From positions 6,437,534 to 6,501,533 of the forward strand of contig NC_083409.1 of NCBI RefSeq assembly GCF_020745735.1: DNA of 64,000 nt. Reading direction: 5' to 3'. The notes beneath the pieces are model-generated. The model saw only the letters and a program-made list of their open reading frames with translations. It ran no database searches and was not told the origin of the DNA. The stretch comes from Hemiscyllium ocellatum. Its lineage: Eukaryota. Shown in pieces: positions 12,831-24,602 of the stretch (positions are counted from its first letter, which is position 1; the number at the start of each line of letters is the position of its first letter). Made by a program: the position numbers and the translations under genes.

Positions 12831-13449
12831 GGTCCCTGTCAGGGAGCAGGTCTTTCTGCTGCCAGGCTGGACTTGTTGGTGGCTTGCTGCTCTTTGCTGC
12901 TCTTGCTAACTGTTCAACACGTTTGACATTTATATACCAAAACATTGGATCAATTCATTGGTTTTAATATTGTCAAAATACTAAATACAAACTTGATTAG
13001 CATTTGGTATCTTGGGACATCATTTAAACTGATTGGCTGAATTTGAATTTGTTTTTGTCTCATAGCAACCCAGATACTGCTAGCTGTTGACCAAATATCA
13101 CATTTATAACGCAGCATTCTATGCCCTCATCTAGGTCATTTATAAAAATGATAAACAGCAAAAATCCCAGCTAGATCCTCTGTAGGAACTACAGTTTTTG
13201 TGTAGTCTGTGAAAACAGAAGCATTGGTTTTGTGCCTCTGCCATTTTTGAGTTTATCATTGCTACCTTGTCAGTTTCACCCTGAAAATAAAAGCCAGCAC
13301 TAGGTTTCACGATGCGCTTCCTTTTTCGATACTAGTGAAAGCTTCTGGTATCAGTGTTGATGTTTCCATTCGTTTCATGTCATAGCTTCTTTTAATGTTG
13401 TGTTATAACCCTTTTTTGATTTGTTTTGGTTTCGTTTTCATTCACAGAA

Positions 13450-13770
13450 AGAGGGAATCATTGCTTTGGCCAGCATTTATTGACCAGAGGGCAGTTCGGA
13501 GTTACCTACATTGCTATGGATCTGGAGTCGCACGTAGGTCAGACCAGAAAAGGATGGCAGTTTCCTTACCATAGAAAATTAGTGAAACAAGTGAGCTTCT
13601 CCTGACAATCTATTCATGTTCACCATCAGTTTGTTAATCCCTAATTTGAATTCAAATTCCACCACCTGCCATGGCAGGAATTGAACCCAACGCCCCAAAA
13701 CATTATCTGACTTTCTCGAAAAACGGTTCGGCAATAACACACGAGCCCACTGCCTTACCCCATCCCCTGT
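13450..13770 (-). mobile_element. tRNA-headed SINE, second family (other copies at 60290-60625, 38575-38760, 49590-49770)
   Basis: Interspersed repeat whose minus-strand 5' end has tRNA-like A/B boxes (GGTTCAATTCC). Family name not assigned. Confidence 0.65.
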
Positions 13771-13799
13771 AGCGTGACTAACTTGAGCAGTATGAGCTG

Positions 13800-15160
13800 C
13801 CCTAAGTTTCGCCCTCATGCTGTCATTGACTTCCTTAACTAGACATGGGTGATTTTTCTCTGTCATGCAATTCCTCTTCTCTCCCGAATATACTTTAATT
13901 GAGAGGTATTTAGTATCCCCTTAAGTATTTGCCAAATTTCTTCATCTGTCCTGCCTTTGACTGCTCCCCCACCTCACACCAACCCGTTCCTTAGGCCACT
14001 GTAAGTATCATTTTCCAACACTAAGGCTCTTTTATGTGACTCTGTGCTCACTCTTTCAATCAGCATGTTGTTTTCATTCCTTCCCAGATTATCCTTAAAT
14101 GCAAGATAATCTTTCATTCCTTCCTTGTATCAAATCTAAAGTAGCTGGCTCGCTGGTTGGTTCCATGACATGTGATCTTAGAAACAATCCTTCATATACT
14201 TCATGAATTGTACTTGCAGCCTATCCTTTGCCAAGTTGATTAATTGATTCAATATGCACGGTCATCCCACATTGTTATCCTGTCATGAGCTCCAATTACT
14301 TCCGACCTCAGAAGTCCTTTGGGAAGATGGTGGCTGAAAATTACGCTTCCAAAGAGGTATCTTTCCTCGCTTTTTATTTGCACCTGTATTGATTTTCATT
14401 TCGTTGCCTCGTGCCAACATAATTTCTTAATATAATCTTGATATCATCCTTAGCCAATACATCACTACCACCTCCTTTACCGTTATCTTTATCCTTTCGG
14501 AATACCGAGTACCCATTGAGAGTTCACTGTCCAGCCCTGATCTTCCTGTAACCATGTTTCAATCATCCTTACAAGGTCACACCCATTTGTTCCTGTATAT
14601 ACTGCCAACTCATCAATTTTATTCCAAATACTGTGTGCTTTAAGGTCCAATGTTTTAAAATAAGTTATTTTGATTTGGCTTTCCCCTTTAGTATTTTCTT
14701 AATACGAGTTTCCTGATCTCATACACCTCACTCCTTCACGTCCCCGACGCTTTCCATCTTAATTTTTAAATTTCTGATAAACACCTCTATCATTTATTCC
14801 AACCTCCAACTCATATTTTGGACTGATTTGATTCCTTCTCGCAGCATGGTCATGAGACTGTCCGTGTCTGATGTCCTACTCACCTCTAACTTCTGGTCCG
14901 TTCCTGATCTGCTGCTCTGTTTCCCAGCCTCCTGGTTTATTAGTTTAAATCCACCTAAATTTGCACTAGAAAACCTCCCCACCATGATGTTGGTGCTCCT
15001 CCAGGTAAGATGAAATCTGTACATTTTTAAAGCTCCCACCTGTCCTGGAAGAAGTCCCAATGATCCAGAAGTCTGAAACCCTCTCCCCTAAACTCACTCT
15101 TTAACCATGTTAATGTATACTGCCTTCCTCATCCTTACGTCTTTTACACGAGGCACTGGG
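13800..15160 (-). mobile_element. Decayed CR1: ORF1 esterase C-terminus into ORF2 endonuclease
   Basis: YRFHLTWRSTNIMVGRF matches the CR1 ORF1 DGLHLN..GTNILAGRF motif; APE remnants follow. Confidence 0.65.
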
Positions 15161-15166
15161 TGCAAT

Positions 15167-15309
15167 NNNNNNNNNNNNNNNNNNNNNNNNNNNNNNNNNN
15201 NNNNNNNNNNNNNNNNNNNNNNNNNNNNNNNNNNNNNNNNNNNNNNNNNNNNNNNNNNNNNNNNNNNNNNNNNNNNNNNNNNNNNNNNNNNNNNNNNNNN
15301 NNNNNNNNN
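15167..15309. other. Assembly gap (143 N)
   Basis: Run of N. Contiguity across it is unverified. Confidence 0.99.
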
Positions 15310-15480
15310 CAGACACACACGCACCTAGCACGCGCACACACACACACAGAAACATACACGGGCACAGACACAGATACACAGACACACAGACACAGACACA
15401 CACAAAGACACTGACCCACGCACGAACACAGACACAGACACACAAAACACAGACAAAGGCAAAGACACAAACACGTACAT
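15310..15480. repeat. Compound (CA)n/(CACAGA)n microsatellite abutting the gap
   Basis: Directly visible. Confidence 0.92.
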
Positions 15481-16590
15481 CGCATTACTTGTAGAAGAAT
15501 ACCACTAATCTTATTAATAATCAGAATGACAACTGGAATGAAGGATTTAGTTAAAGGTAGGATGCGAGAAGTTAGACTTACTCTTAATTGATCAGAATAG
15601 ACGAAGATGTGAACTTATTGCAGTGCTCAAAATCATGAAACAAAGGGTAAAATGAGAATACCCCGTTTCTTTTCGCTGGTATCACAGCATCTTGGAGTCC
15701 CAGTTCCAAGACTGTCAGCACAAGACTTCGGAATGAGATTTTTCAGATCAGTAAACTCATCAGTTTGCAATCATAACCTACGTTGAAAATGGATTTTGAA
15801 AGATGGGAATTCTGTGATACTTAGTAAGACATTGGCCTGCTCTTAAATGTATTCACAGAGCTTCCACGTGGGTCAAGGCAGTACTTCAAACGTTATTTCA
15901 CAACAAATTAGTCGGACTTCACCTTGGATAAAGGGGAAACCAACCAACAGGCTATCACTGGTCTCTGTGTAGGTACAAATGCTGTCCAAGTTAGATGAAA
16001 GACAGGGCAGCAACCATGCCTTTCAAATTAATCTTCAGTCTGAGCCTGCCCCGGGGACAGATGAATGTACATCGAGTGTCAAAATCACATCGCACAAGCT
16101 ACTTATGGTGATGACATCTGGCCTGCCTCTCAGGCTCCATGCATCTGCAACCTGGACCAGACACTGGGTGAAGACGTCAACAAGTTTACATCTTCTGCAG
16201 CACATTGTGTCTCAAAAAGAAACCTTTACAACCGTATCCAATAAGTGTCACCTTCACATTCACCAGTATCAAAATAAAATTGAACATCTCTACAGATGGC
16301 CAGAGATTCATACAATTGTGACCCAGCAGAATGTATTTGAAAAAAAAACAGCAGGAAGTGGCAAGTCAAGAATCGCGTTAACAACTGAATTTGACGGATT
16401 CTGTCTGGTGTAGGTCGTCACACACATATTGAACTGTCTTTCAGTTGACTGTAACAATCCACACCATAACTGGAGATCTTGGCCTAACCGCCCCTCCAAA
16501 GCTTCCTGATATCACACACATCACCTCCTCCCACATTCAACAATTGATAATAATCCACAAGCTGGGTGAAACAGGAAACATAAAACAGTA

Positions 16591-18560
16591 TGGAATGGGA
16601 CAATTCGTCACAGCAGATTCGCCGCCGATGATTAGCCACTGCCCTTTTACCAGCGAGGACGCTTAACCACTAACCATTGACCACTGAAGATGATTCGCGA
16701 CCGAAAGTAAGTCGTATATTTTGAATATTGGTGGTATATGAGGTTGTCATTATATAGGTTAAGTTAGTGTTTGCATTGTTTCAGTATCGACTTATTTTAG
16801 TTAACGGAGGTTTTTTTAAAACTTGTATTTTTGGAACAGGAATTTTTAGTATGGAAACAGAAATTATTAGTAAACGTGGAAATAAATAGTTTTATCACGA
16901 TGGGTCTGTATATATTTTTGATAAACTATCCAAGAGTGATTCAAGTATTAAGTTTTGGCGAAGTGAACAAAGGGGCGGATGTAACAAATGGATCCACACG
17001 AAGAGTGGCACTGTGAGAAATACAATAAATGGACACACACACGTTTTCCGTCTGCAGCAAATGCCTAATTTGCGAATGTGAAAACAAGTTTAAAGTGTCG
17101 TGCAGAACAATCGCAGGAAGCACCTAGTGTTCTTATTAACGAATGTGTAGTTAATGTGCCTCAGTCAGTACTAGCATCTTTACCGATGACAAGCGGCATG
17201 AAGAAAATGATTCGACGATAAAGGAATTATATTAGTTTAGCGTCACCACATCCTACTGATCTTCAGCAATTTGTGATTCCAATTCGATATAAAGTATATA
17301 AGCTGGATAACAGAGCAGAACAATAATTTCTTTTGGTGGATAGTGGTGAAGGAAGTAATCGTATAATCATATTTGGTAGGGAATCTTGGATACATCATTT
17401 AGCAGAATCGATGTGGCTTGTGGATGACACGTTCAACATAGCCCCTATTTTATTCTCTCAGGTATATTGTATTTTAGCAAAAAGACTTCATGCGGTCATC
17501 CATTTAGCAGCGTTCAACGTATCCATGCATGTTTGAAATGGTGAAATCTTTGGTCCCTAATCCCAGACACAGTATATCCATTTTGACTTTGAGCAGGTTG
17601 CTATCAGTGCTCCGAAAGAATGTTTTCCCGATGTAAGAATTCGGGAATGTTTCTTTCATTTGGCACAAAGTATGCATAGACACGTTGTTGCAGTTGGAGC
17701 ATCTCGTCAATACAACACCGATCCATATTATGCTTTAAAAGAAAAAATGGTAATTGCTTTGCCTTTTATGCCACTTACTGACCTTGATGACTGCGTAGAA
17801 GCACTCGCGGAGTTTCTGCGTCAAGAACTGCAGCCAACAATAGATTGGTTTGAATTTAATGATATTGGACTCTACAATAGACGTGACAGTAGCCAAAGGA
17901 CATCTTTGTTTCCCCATGATATGTGGTCGGTCTATGAGACAATACTAAACGATGAAGATCGCACAAAAATCACGCTGAAGCTGCTCATCGGAGTATTGCT
18001 TCTGAACTCGGAGCTCACCATCCAACCATATGGAAATGTATTGGAACGTTAATGAAAGTGCAAAAGGAATGTGATTTATATATGGAACAAATAAAACTAA
18101 AAAAATCGAGTTGTAGACGATACAATAAAAAAATGTTCTTGAATATGGCGAAAGCGATTGCTTGGAAGATCTTAGAGGAATAGCGCATAACTATCAAATT
18201 AACTGAAATTTCATTGTTTAATATTAATGTCAGATTTTACTGCCGTAATAGAGATTTTAAAATATATATTTCGTTTTTCTGGTTAACGTTTTTAACTCAT
18301 TCTTATATATAAACAAATAAAACGGCATTTATTTTAACGCTTTTTAAAGTCAATATGTAGTATGTAGTTGTATAAATAAAGGGGACTGAGAAGTATGAAA
18401 GAACAGGCGGGAGGGAAAACAATCAGTACATATATATACATATTTCTGATGGCAAATAGTCTTCAGAGGTCAAACGACCCCAGTGGAGAATTGCTGGTGG
18501 AGAACTGACAGTGTGATATCATCGGTGGCGAATCCGCCGTGGCGAAACATCACCAACCCC
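16591..18560 (+). mobile_element. Mutator-like (MULE) DNA transposon with ~110-bp imperfect TIRs and degenerate 9-bp TSD
   Basis: Left TTCGTCACAGCAGATTCGCCGCCGATGA..TTGACCACTGAAGA matches the reverse complement of the right end (TTCGCCACGGCGGATTCGCCACCGATGA..TTGACCTCTGAAGA). Flanks AAAACAGTA (16582-16590) and AATACAGCA (18561-18569) match 7/9. Confidence 0.85.
16930..18060 (+). pseudogene. FLYWCH-MULE transposase pseudogene
   Basis: W..C...C...H-like N-terminal region; WLVDDTFNIAPILFSQVYCI (DGTF-type first Asp); DFEQ..; ECFFHLAQS (CxxH); RT.N.AEAAHR (catalytic Glu). Several stops and frameshifts. Confidence 0.85.
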
Positions 18561-20070
18561 AATACAGCACAGTACTAACCTTTTGCCCTTTTATATCAAG
18601 CCAACCTTTTATCCTACTCTAAGATCATATCAACCTACATACTCTTCATTATACTGTCATTCAGTTGCCTATCCAATAGTCGCTTAAATATTACTAATGC
18701 AGCTGACTCTACCACACTTGTCAGCAGTACATTCCACCCATCCACCATTCTCTGTGTAAGGAACCTATCTCTGACATCTAATTAAACCTTCCTCCAATTA
18801 CCCTAAAATTGTTATGCCTGTAATAGATATATCCACCATGGGAAAAAGTCCCAGGCTATCTACTCTATCTATGCCTCTCATCATCTTGTCCACCTCCGTC
18901 AAAGCACATGCCAAACATCTTCGTCCCAATGATAAAAACCATGATTCCTCAACTTTTCTTTGTAAGATGAGCCCCACAGTCCAGGCAGCATCCTGATAAA
19001 TCTCCTCAGCACCTTCACCAAAACTTTCACATCTTTCCTATAATGAGGTGACCAGAAGTGATCACAATATACTAAGTGTGATCTCACCAGGGTTCCATAG
19101 AGCTGCAGTATAACTTCGAGCGCTTAAACTCAATCCCCCGCCTAATAAAAACCTCATCCGCCTTCTTAACAATCTTATCAACATTGGTGGCAACTCTGAG
19201 GGAGTTATGACATGGACCACAAGTTACCGCCGTTTCTCCACGATGTAAGTATTCTGTTTTATTCTGCATTCAAATTCGACCTTCCAAAATGAATCGCTTC
19301 GCACATTTCCAGGTTGAACCCCATCTACCATTTCTCAGCCCAGTTCTGCATCCTGCCAATGTCCCATTGCAAACTACAATAGCCCTCCACATTATCTACA
19401 ACTCCAAAAACCTAGGTTATATCGACAAACGTACCAACCTGCCCTTCCACTACCTCATCCAAGTCAATTATAAAAATCATAAACAGTAAAGGTCCCAGAA
19501 TTGATCCGTACGGAACACGACTGATCACCACACTCCAGACTGAATACTTTCCATTTACCACTACATTGTGTCTTCGAAGGGCCACGCAGTTCTGTATCCA
19601 GAGAAACAGGTTTTCTTGTATCCAGTGCAGCCTTACTTTCTGAATGAACCTACCATGGGGAATATTATCAAATGCCTGGTTAAAATCCATGCACTTCACA
19701 TCCAGTACTCTCGCTTCTTCAATGTGTTTGATCCTGTCCTCAAATAATTCAATAAGGTTTTGAGGCCCTTCACAAAGCCATGCTGACTATTTCTAATCAA
19801 ACTATGATTTTCTAAATAATCATAAATTCTGCCACGCAGAATCTTCTCCAATACTTTGCCCAATACTGATGTAAGGTTGAGTGATCTGTCATTCTCACGA
19901 CTACCTATCATATCTTACCTGAGTAAGGGAGTAACATTTAGCGCTCTCCAATTATCTGGCACTACTCCTATCAACAGTGAGGATGCCAAGATCATCGCCT
20001 TAGGCAGATAAATCTCTTCCCTCTCTTCCTGTAGTAACCCAGAGTATTTCCCGTCAGGTTAAGGGGACTC
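18561..20070 (-). mobile_element. CR1 ORF2 RT to 3' end, decayed
   Basis: LTSVLGKVLEKIL, SQHGFVKG, DFNQAFDNIPH, VPYGSILGPLLF, HLVYCDHFWSPHYRKD in ORF-track fragments. Confidence 0.9.
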
Positions 20071-20639
20071 CACTACTCTTATGTTAGTACTTCAATCAAT
20101 CTGTACTTTACCTCAACTTGTTTGCACCCTGTCCAACCAAATGATTGACTGTTTTCCATTTCAGGGCTATATACCGTGCTGTCTTCCTGAGGACGTATGG
20201 TTCCCAATATCCTCTGTATTAAATAATGGAAAACATGGGAAAAACACCAATGCCTTCCTGATGAAGAGTTGATGCCAAAAGCTTTGAATTTCCTTTTCCT
20301 CAGATGCTGCCTGACGAGCCGTGCTTTACCTGCGCCCCATGTTTCGACACTAATCCCCAGTACCTGCAGTGCTCTGTTTCTCCATTGGACCGAAGGATCT
20401 GTTTCCATTCTGTATATCTCTATGACTCTATGACTATGATTCTGAAGCTGTCCACTGCTCGCTGAGCAGGGGATTAATCAGCAGAAATTAATTGTATGTG
20501 GAGCTGACTGTTCAATTCTGGAATGTTGCATTTGATTAATGCATTAATTATAAAAGAAATTACAATTCAACAAATATTCATTCAGATAGAGAGTTGCAGT
20601 TATGGTTCATGAATTGGACGGCTTGATAACAAACATGAA

Positions 20640-22380
20640 GCGACTGAAGAACTCCGAGGTATAGATATACCAGGTGTGGTATTCCAGGCTGGATGTCCTG
20701 TGCCTTAATGCTGAGAATATTATCAGAGACAAAAGTGATAAGAGAACGAGGTGAAATGGGGAACTGCAACATTTGCGCCATCAAAAAGATATGTTGGAGG
20801 GAGGTCAGGGCAGATAACTCAATATCCTGTGGTACAAGAACAGGATCGGGGTTAAAAGAGGAGATGATGTTGCATTATTAATTATGGAGTCAGTCACTGC
20901 AGTAAGGAGGAAAGACATCTGGGAAGGATTTTCAAGTGAGGCTGGGGGTTATAGCTCGGGATCACAATAATGACAGACACACTGCTGGGAATATATTATA
21001 GACCTCCAGATAAAAACAAATGTACAGGAGCAGATATGTAAACAATTTTCTGTGGTGTGTAAAAGCAATAATAGGATGATTACATTCAGACATTTCAAAT
21101 CCAAACCTTCATTAGGGCAATGATAAGCTTTTAAGAGGGGTCAGATGCCTTGAAATTTATTCTAGAGAGCCTCTTATATCAACATGTAACAGACACAACA
21201 ATAGGTGTGGGAAGTGGTCGGTCTCAATGTAGGGAAAGAAGCCAGTCAGTTGTTCCAGACAGGATTAGGAGAGCATTGTAGAACCAGTGAATGTGACATC
21301 ACACATTTAGAGTTTGTAAAGGAAAAGAATCAAAAAAAGTTTGAAAAATAAAATGTTTTTGTCCTGAGAAGACAGATTCTATGAAAAAAATGACAAGTTC
21401 TGTTCAAAGTGCAATTGCTTCTGGATGAAGTTGCAGCAGAACAGCGTGTGGAGGGAGTTTGGGGCATCATTTGATCAAAATGGAATTGATGAGAGTGTAG
21501 GCCCAACATGTTACACCGAAGATGCGATTTAGGAAAACAAACCCAGAGAACTTCACGTGTCGGCAAGTATTCCGAACAGAATTTAAAAAGTAACGAGAAG
21601 TTTAAAGCAGGTTCAAAGTGAGCAGATCAATGGAGCTCATAAAAGAATGTAGGAAATGTATGGCTAAACTTATAAAGTCAGTAGAAGAGCAGAAGTAGGG
21701 GTGATAAAACATTAGCGAGTGAGATTAGCAAGAATCCAAAGCCATTTCATCAGAGGGATGCAGGAAGGTTTGTGGAGTATTAGGCAGCAAGGTGTAAGCC
21801 TGTGCACGACGCCAGATAACATGGTAAACTTTTACTTCATATCAGTCTTCAATTTGGAGAAGCAGTTCCTGGATTCAGAGAGAGTGACCATGTGATCCTT
21901 AATTGATACAGAAGGTGAGGAAGAATTGGAAGATTGGGCAAGTCCCCAGATTAGCATGACCTGTACCTTAGGCTGACGTGGAAGATGAGGGAGGAGATTA
22001 TAGGATCGCAACCTTTTACTTTTATTTTGCCTCTGGCTACAGAGGAGGTGTGACAGGACAGGACAACATCTAATACTGGTACAACTTTTAAACAGAGTGC
22101 CAGAAATACCGCATGGAATTAAAGACCACCAAGTCTCATATCAGAAAGAGGGAAAGAATTGAAGTAAATTCGGAGGGCTGTTGAAGCTGGAACATGAATT
22201 ATCTTCAAGTCTGAGGCAGGTTGATTTTAAACAAGGTTTATGGGGAAAACGCAGACACTTGGAACGGTGGATTATCAAAATAAATATAACGTGGTTGAGT
22301 GGAAAAGCAGACTCAGAGAGCGGATAGGCATACTGTTGCTGCTATGTCTAATGGTATCCTTATTCCAATAGTCCTGTATT
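20640..22380 (+). mobile_element. Heavily decayed CR1 ORF2 fragments
   Basis: LCLNAE..., G.KRGDDVALL-type APE remnants and a CR1-like 3' tail near 22260-22350. Confidence 0.5.
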
Positions 22381-22499
22381 AAATGGAACATTAACCTCTC
22401 TCGCTACGGAGTGAGACATGGTTTTGAATGCAATCGACTGATTCAAGTAATTAATGAATGCAGTACTATTAGACAGAAAAGACCAGAGGACTGTGACAA

Positions 22500-22697
22500 C
22501 AAGGATTGGCTGTAAGGTTGAGGATTTGCATCAGTGCAGTCAGCACTACCAGAAGGAAGACCTCAGCAAGACATCCTCCAAGACCAAGAAATGTCCTGCA
22601 TTGGAGAGCAAGTTGTCATGGGCTTAGTGTCAAGGAGTGCTTGAAAGTGCTGTTGGGATGCTGTGGGTTCACTGCAGCGGACGTGTACTGCCAGCAG
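22500..22697 (+). mobile_element. Rearranged Tx1 ORF1 fragments upstream of element A
   Basis: 22646-22696 (GCTGTTGGGATGCTGTGGGTTC..GGACGTGTACTGCC) repeats 22994-23044 of ORF1. CACTACCAGAAG also recurs near 23968. Confidence 0.6.
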
Positions 22698-24593
22698 GCA
22701 CTTGATCTTCTTATCAGGACCGGTGTCAAGTTGCGAGTCATCAGAGCTAGGGGAGATCATCGCTGGATCCGGATTGGACGTTGGAGGTTCGTTTGGTTGT
22801 GCTGACCTGCTCTTGTTGGCTCTTCATGCTGGCTTCGGCCTAACGCCAATTCAGGTACCAGCCAACCTCAAGAGCAATGGTCTCAGCAGTCGCTGTCAGA
22901 TCTGGACGGTGAGTGCGAAACACAGTCAGGGTGACTGTGAAGAAGGTACAGGGTCGTACACTTGACGATCGCATCCTGCTTATTAAGAAGATGCTGTTGG
23001 GATGCTGTGGGTTCGCCGCAGTGGACGTGTACTGCCTGCAGGACTTCGCAGTGGCAGGCTACTTTGATGTGACCTTCAGAAGTGTGAAGCAGCGAGAGCA
23101 GCTCCTGAAGGTCTTCAAGGAGAAGGAAGGGGAGCCGCTATTCTCCATCTTGTTGGCGATCCCATTGTGTGTGCTTCCTGCACAGAGGAGTCGGATTGTT
23201 ACAATCCATATGTACAACCCGTATGTTCCAGCGGCTGATGCCCTGACCATCCTGGGAAGGTACGTCCAAGTCGACGGAGAAGCCACTGATGCGGTCGACC
23301 CCTTTGGGATCTCGACCAGTAAGCGGCAGGTCAGGGTAACTCTGAGGGTTGATGATAATGGGGAAATTCTCCACCCACCCTCGAGCTTCTCAATTGGAGG
23401 GAGCAGAGGCCACCTGACATATGCAGGGCAGCCAAAAGTGTGCCGAACCTGCGGGAAGGCGGGACATGTGATGGCGGATTGCAAGGTGACCATCTGCAGG
23501 AATTGCAAACAGGAGGGTCACCTGACTAAGGACTGTCAGGAAGCAAAGAGATGCAACCTGTGCGGAGAGCCGGGCATCATGTACAAGACCTGCCCAAGAC
23601 GGGGGTGCCCCACTTATGCACGGATGGCTGGAGGTGGCAATGTGAGCCGTGGACCCCCAAAGACCAGCAAGGTCCACCCAGACAGCAGAGAAATGGAGTC
23701 TGGTGGCACCCAGAAAGAAGAACAGGCTGGAATGGAGGAGGCAGCAGCCAGCGGAGAGACACAGCAGCTGATCGTAGCTCTAGCTGGGCAGATGGAAGCA
23801 ATGGAGGAGGAGATAATCGAGAAGGCAGAGGAGTGGATACTGGTTAAAAACAAGAAGAGAAAATCCTGCCAGGCCCCCAAAGCCTCCCAGCAAAGGGGGA
23901 AAAGACAACTGCACGAGGGAGAGATGGCCAGCGCTTCGGATGGGGAAGACGGGTGCAAAGTAGGTCATCACTACCAGAAGAAGAGACAGAGCGCCGTCAT
24001 AAAGAGGAGGGCATTTCCTCCCAACCAGGAAACAACGGACCCCCCGAAGTCAACCCACCACCCAGTGAGAACCAGGGGATATCCACTGACCCACAGCTAC
24101 AGGTAACTGAAAGCTGTGATCCTCTGACAGTCCCATTGTCAGACACAGAACTGGACAGTGCGGACCCTTGCCTTGGCTCAATGACACCAGAGCGGGTAAC
24201 TGACCCCTTTGAGAATCTGGATAGCTACCTCAGCCCAACGAAGGTCCAGCAGTTCGAGCTCACCATGGGGATGCAGACAGCTACCCCAGAGACAGGACAG
24301 TTAAATGGACAATGGTAACCCCATAAATTGGGGATTAAAGAAGGTTCCTTTGCTATCGTATAACAGGGCACCCACTCAGTAGGTGAGTTCCGCTGAAGCC
24401 TCAGCTAAGTAATAAGAGACTGGATGGTTAATAAAGGGAACTGTAAATAAGATAACTGTAAATTCGATAAATTCAATCTGTTCTTTGTAATGTGAAGACA
24501 TGCAATGTATGTATCTATGAATGACATGACAAATTGTTCAGGTACCAAAGATTTATTTCTATGAATAAAGTATATTTTGAAATTTTTTAAAAA
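22698..24593 (+). mobile_element. Tx1/L1-clade element A: 5'UTR + ORF1 + 3'UTR/poly(A) signal, with no ORF2
   Basis: The ORF1 stop region (24318) is followed within ~25 nt by a ~260-nt 3'UTR homologous to that of element B (GCTGA.GCCTCAGCTAA; ATG.CATGACAAA..TATGAAT.AAGTATATTTT.GAAATT) and then an A-rich end. Confidence 0.8.
22877..24318 (+). pseudogene. Tx1-type ORF1 (RRM-like region + CCHC zinc knuckles)
   Basis: ATG at 22877, premature TGA at 22910, then open to 24106. Knuckles CRTCGKAGHVMADC, CRNCKQEGHLTKDC and degenerate CNLCGEPGIMYKTC. The C-terminus continues in the frame ending at 24318. Confidence 0.85.
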
Positions 24594-24602
24594 GTGCTTA
24601 AG

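Noticed and set aside
15979-16413. 144-aa ORF next to the MULE
   Set aside because: No recognisable domain or splice context, and it lies outside the TIR.
22505-22531. ATTGG plus the octamer ATTTGCAT (22524-22531) as a relic IgL V promoter
   Set aside because: No TATA box, leader or V follows. About two such 8-mers are expected by chance in 64 kb on both strands, and others occur inside repeats (7997, 31352, 47499).
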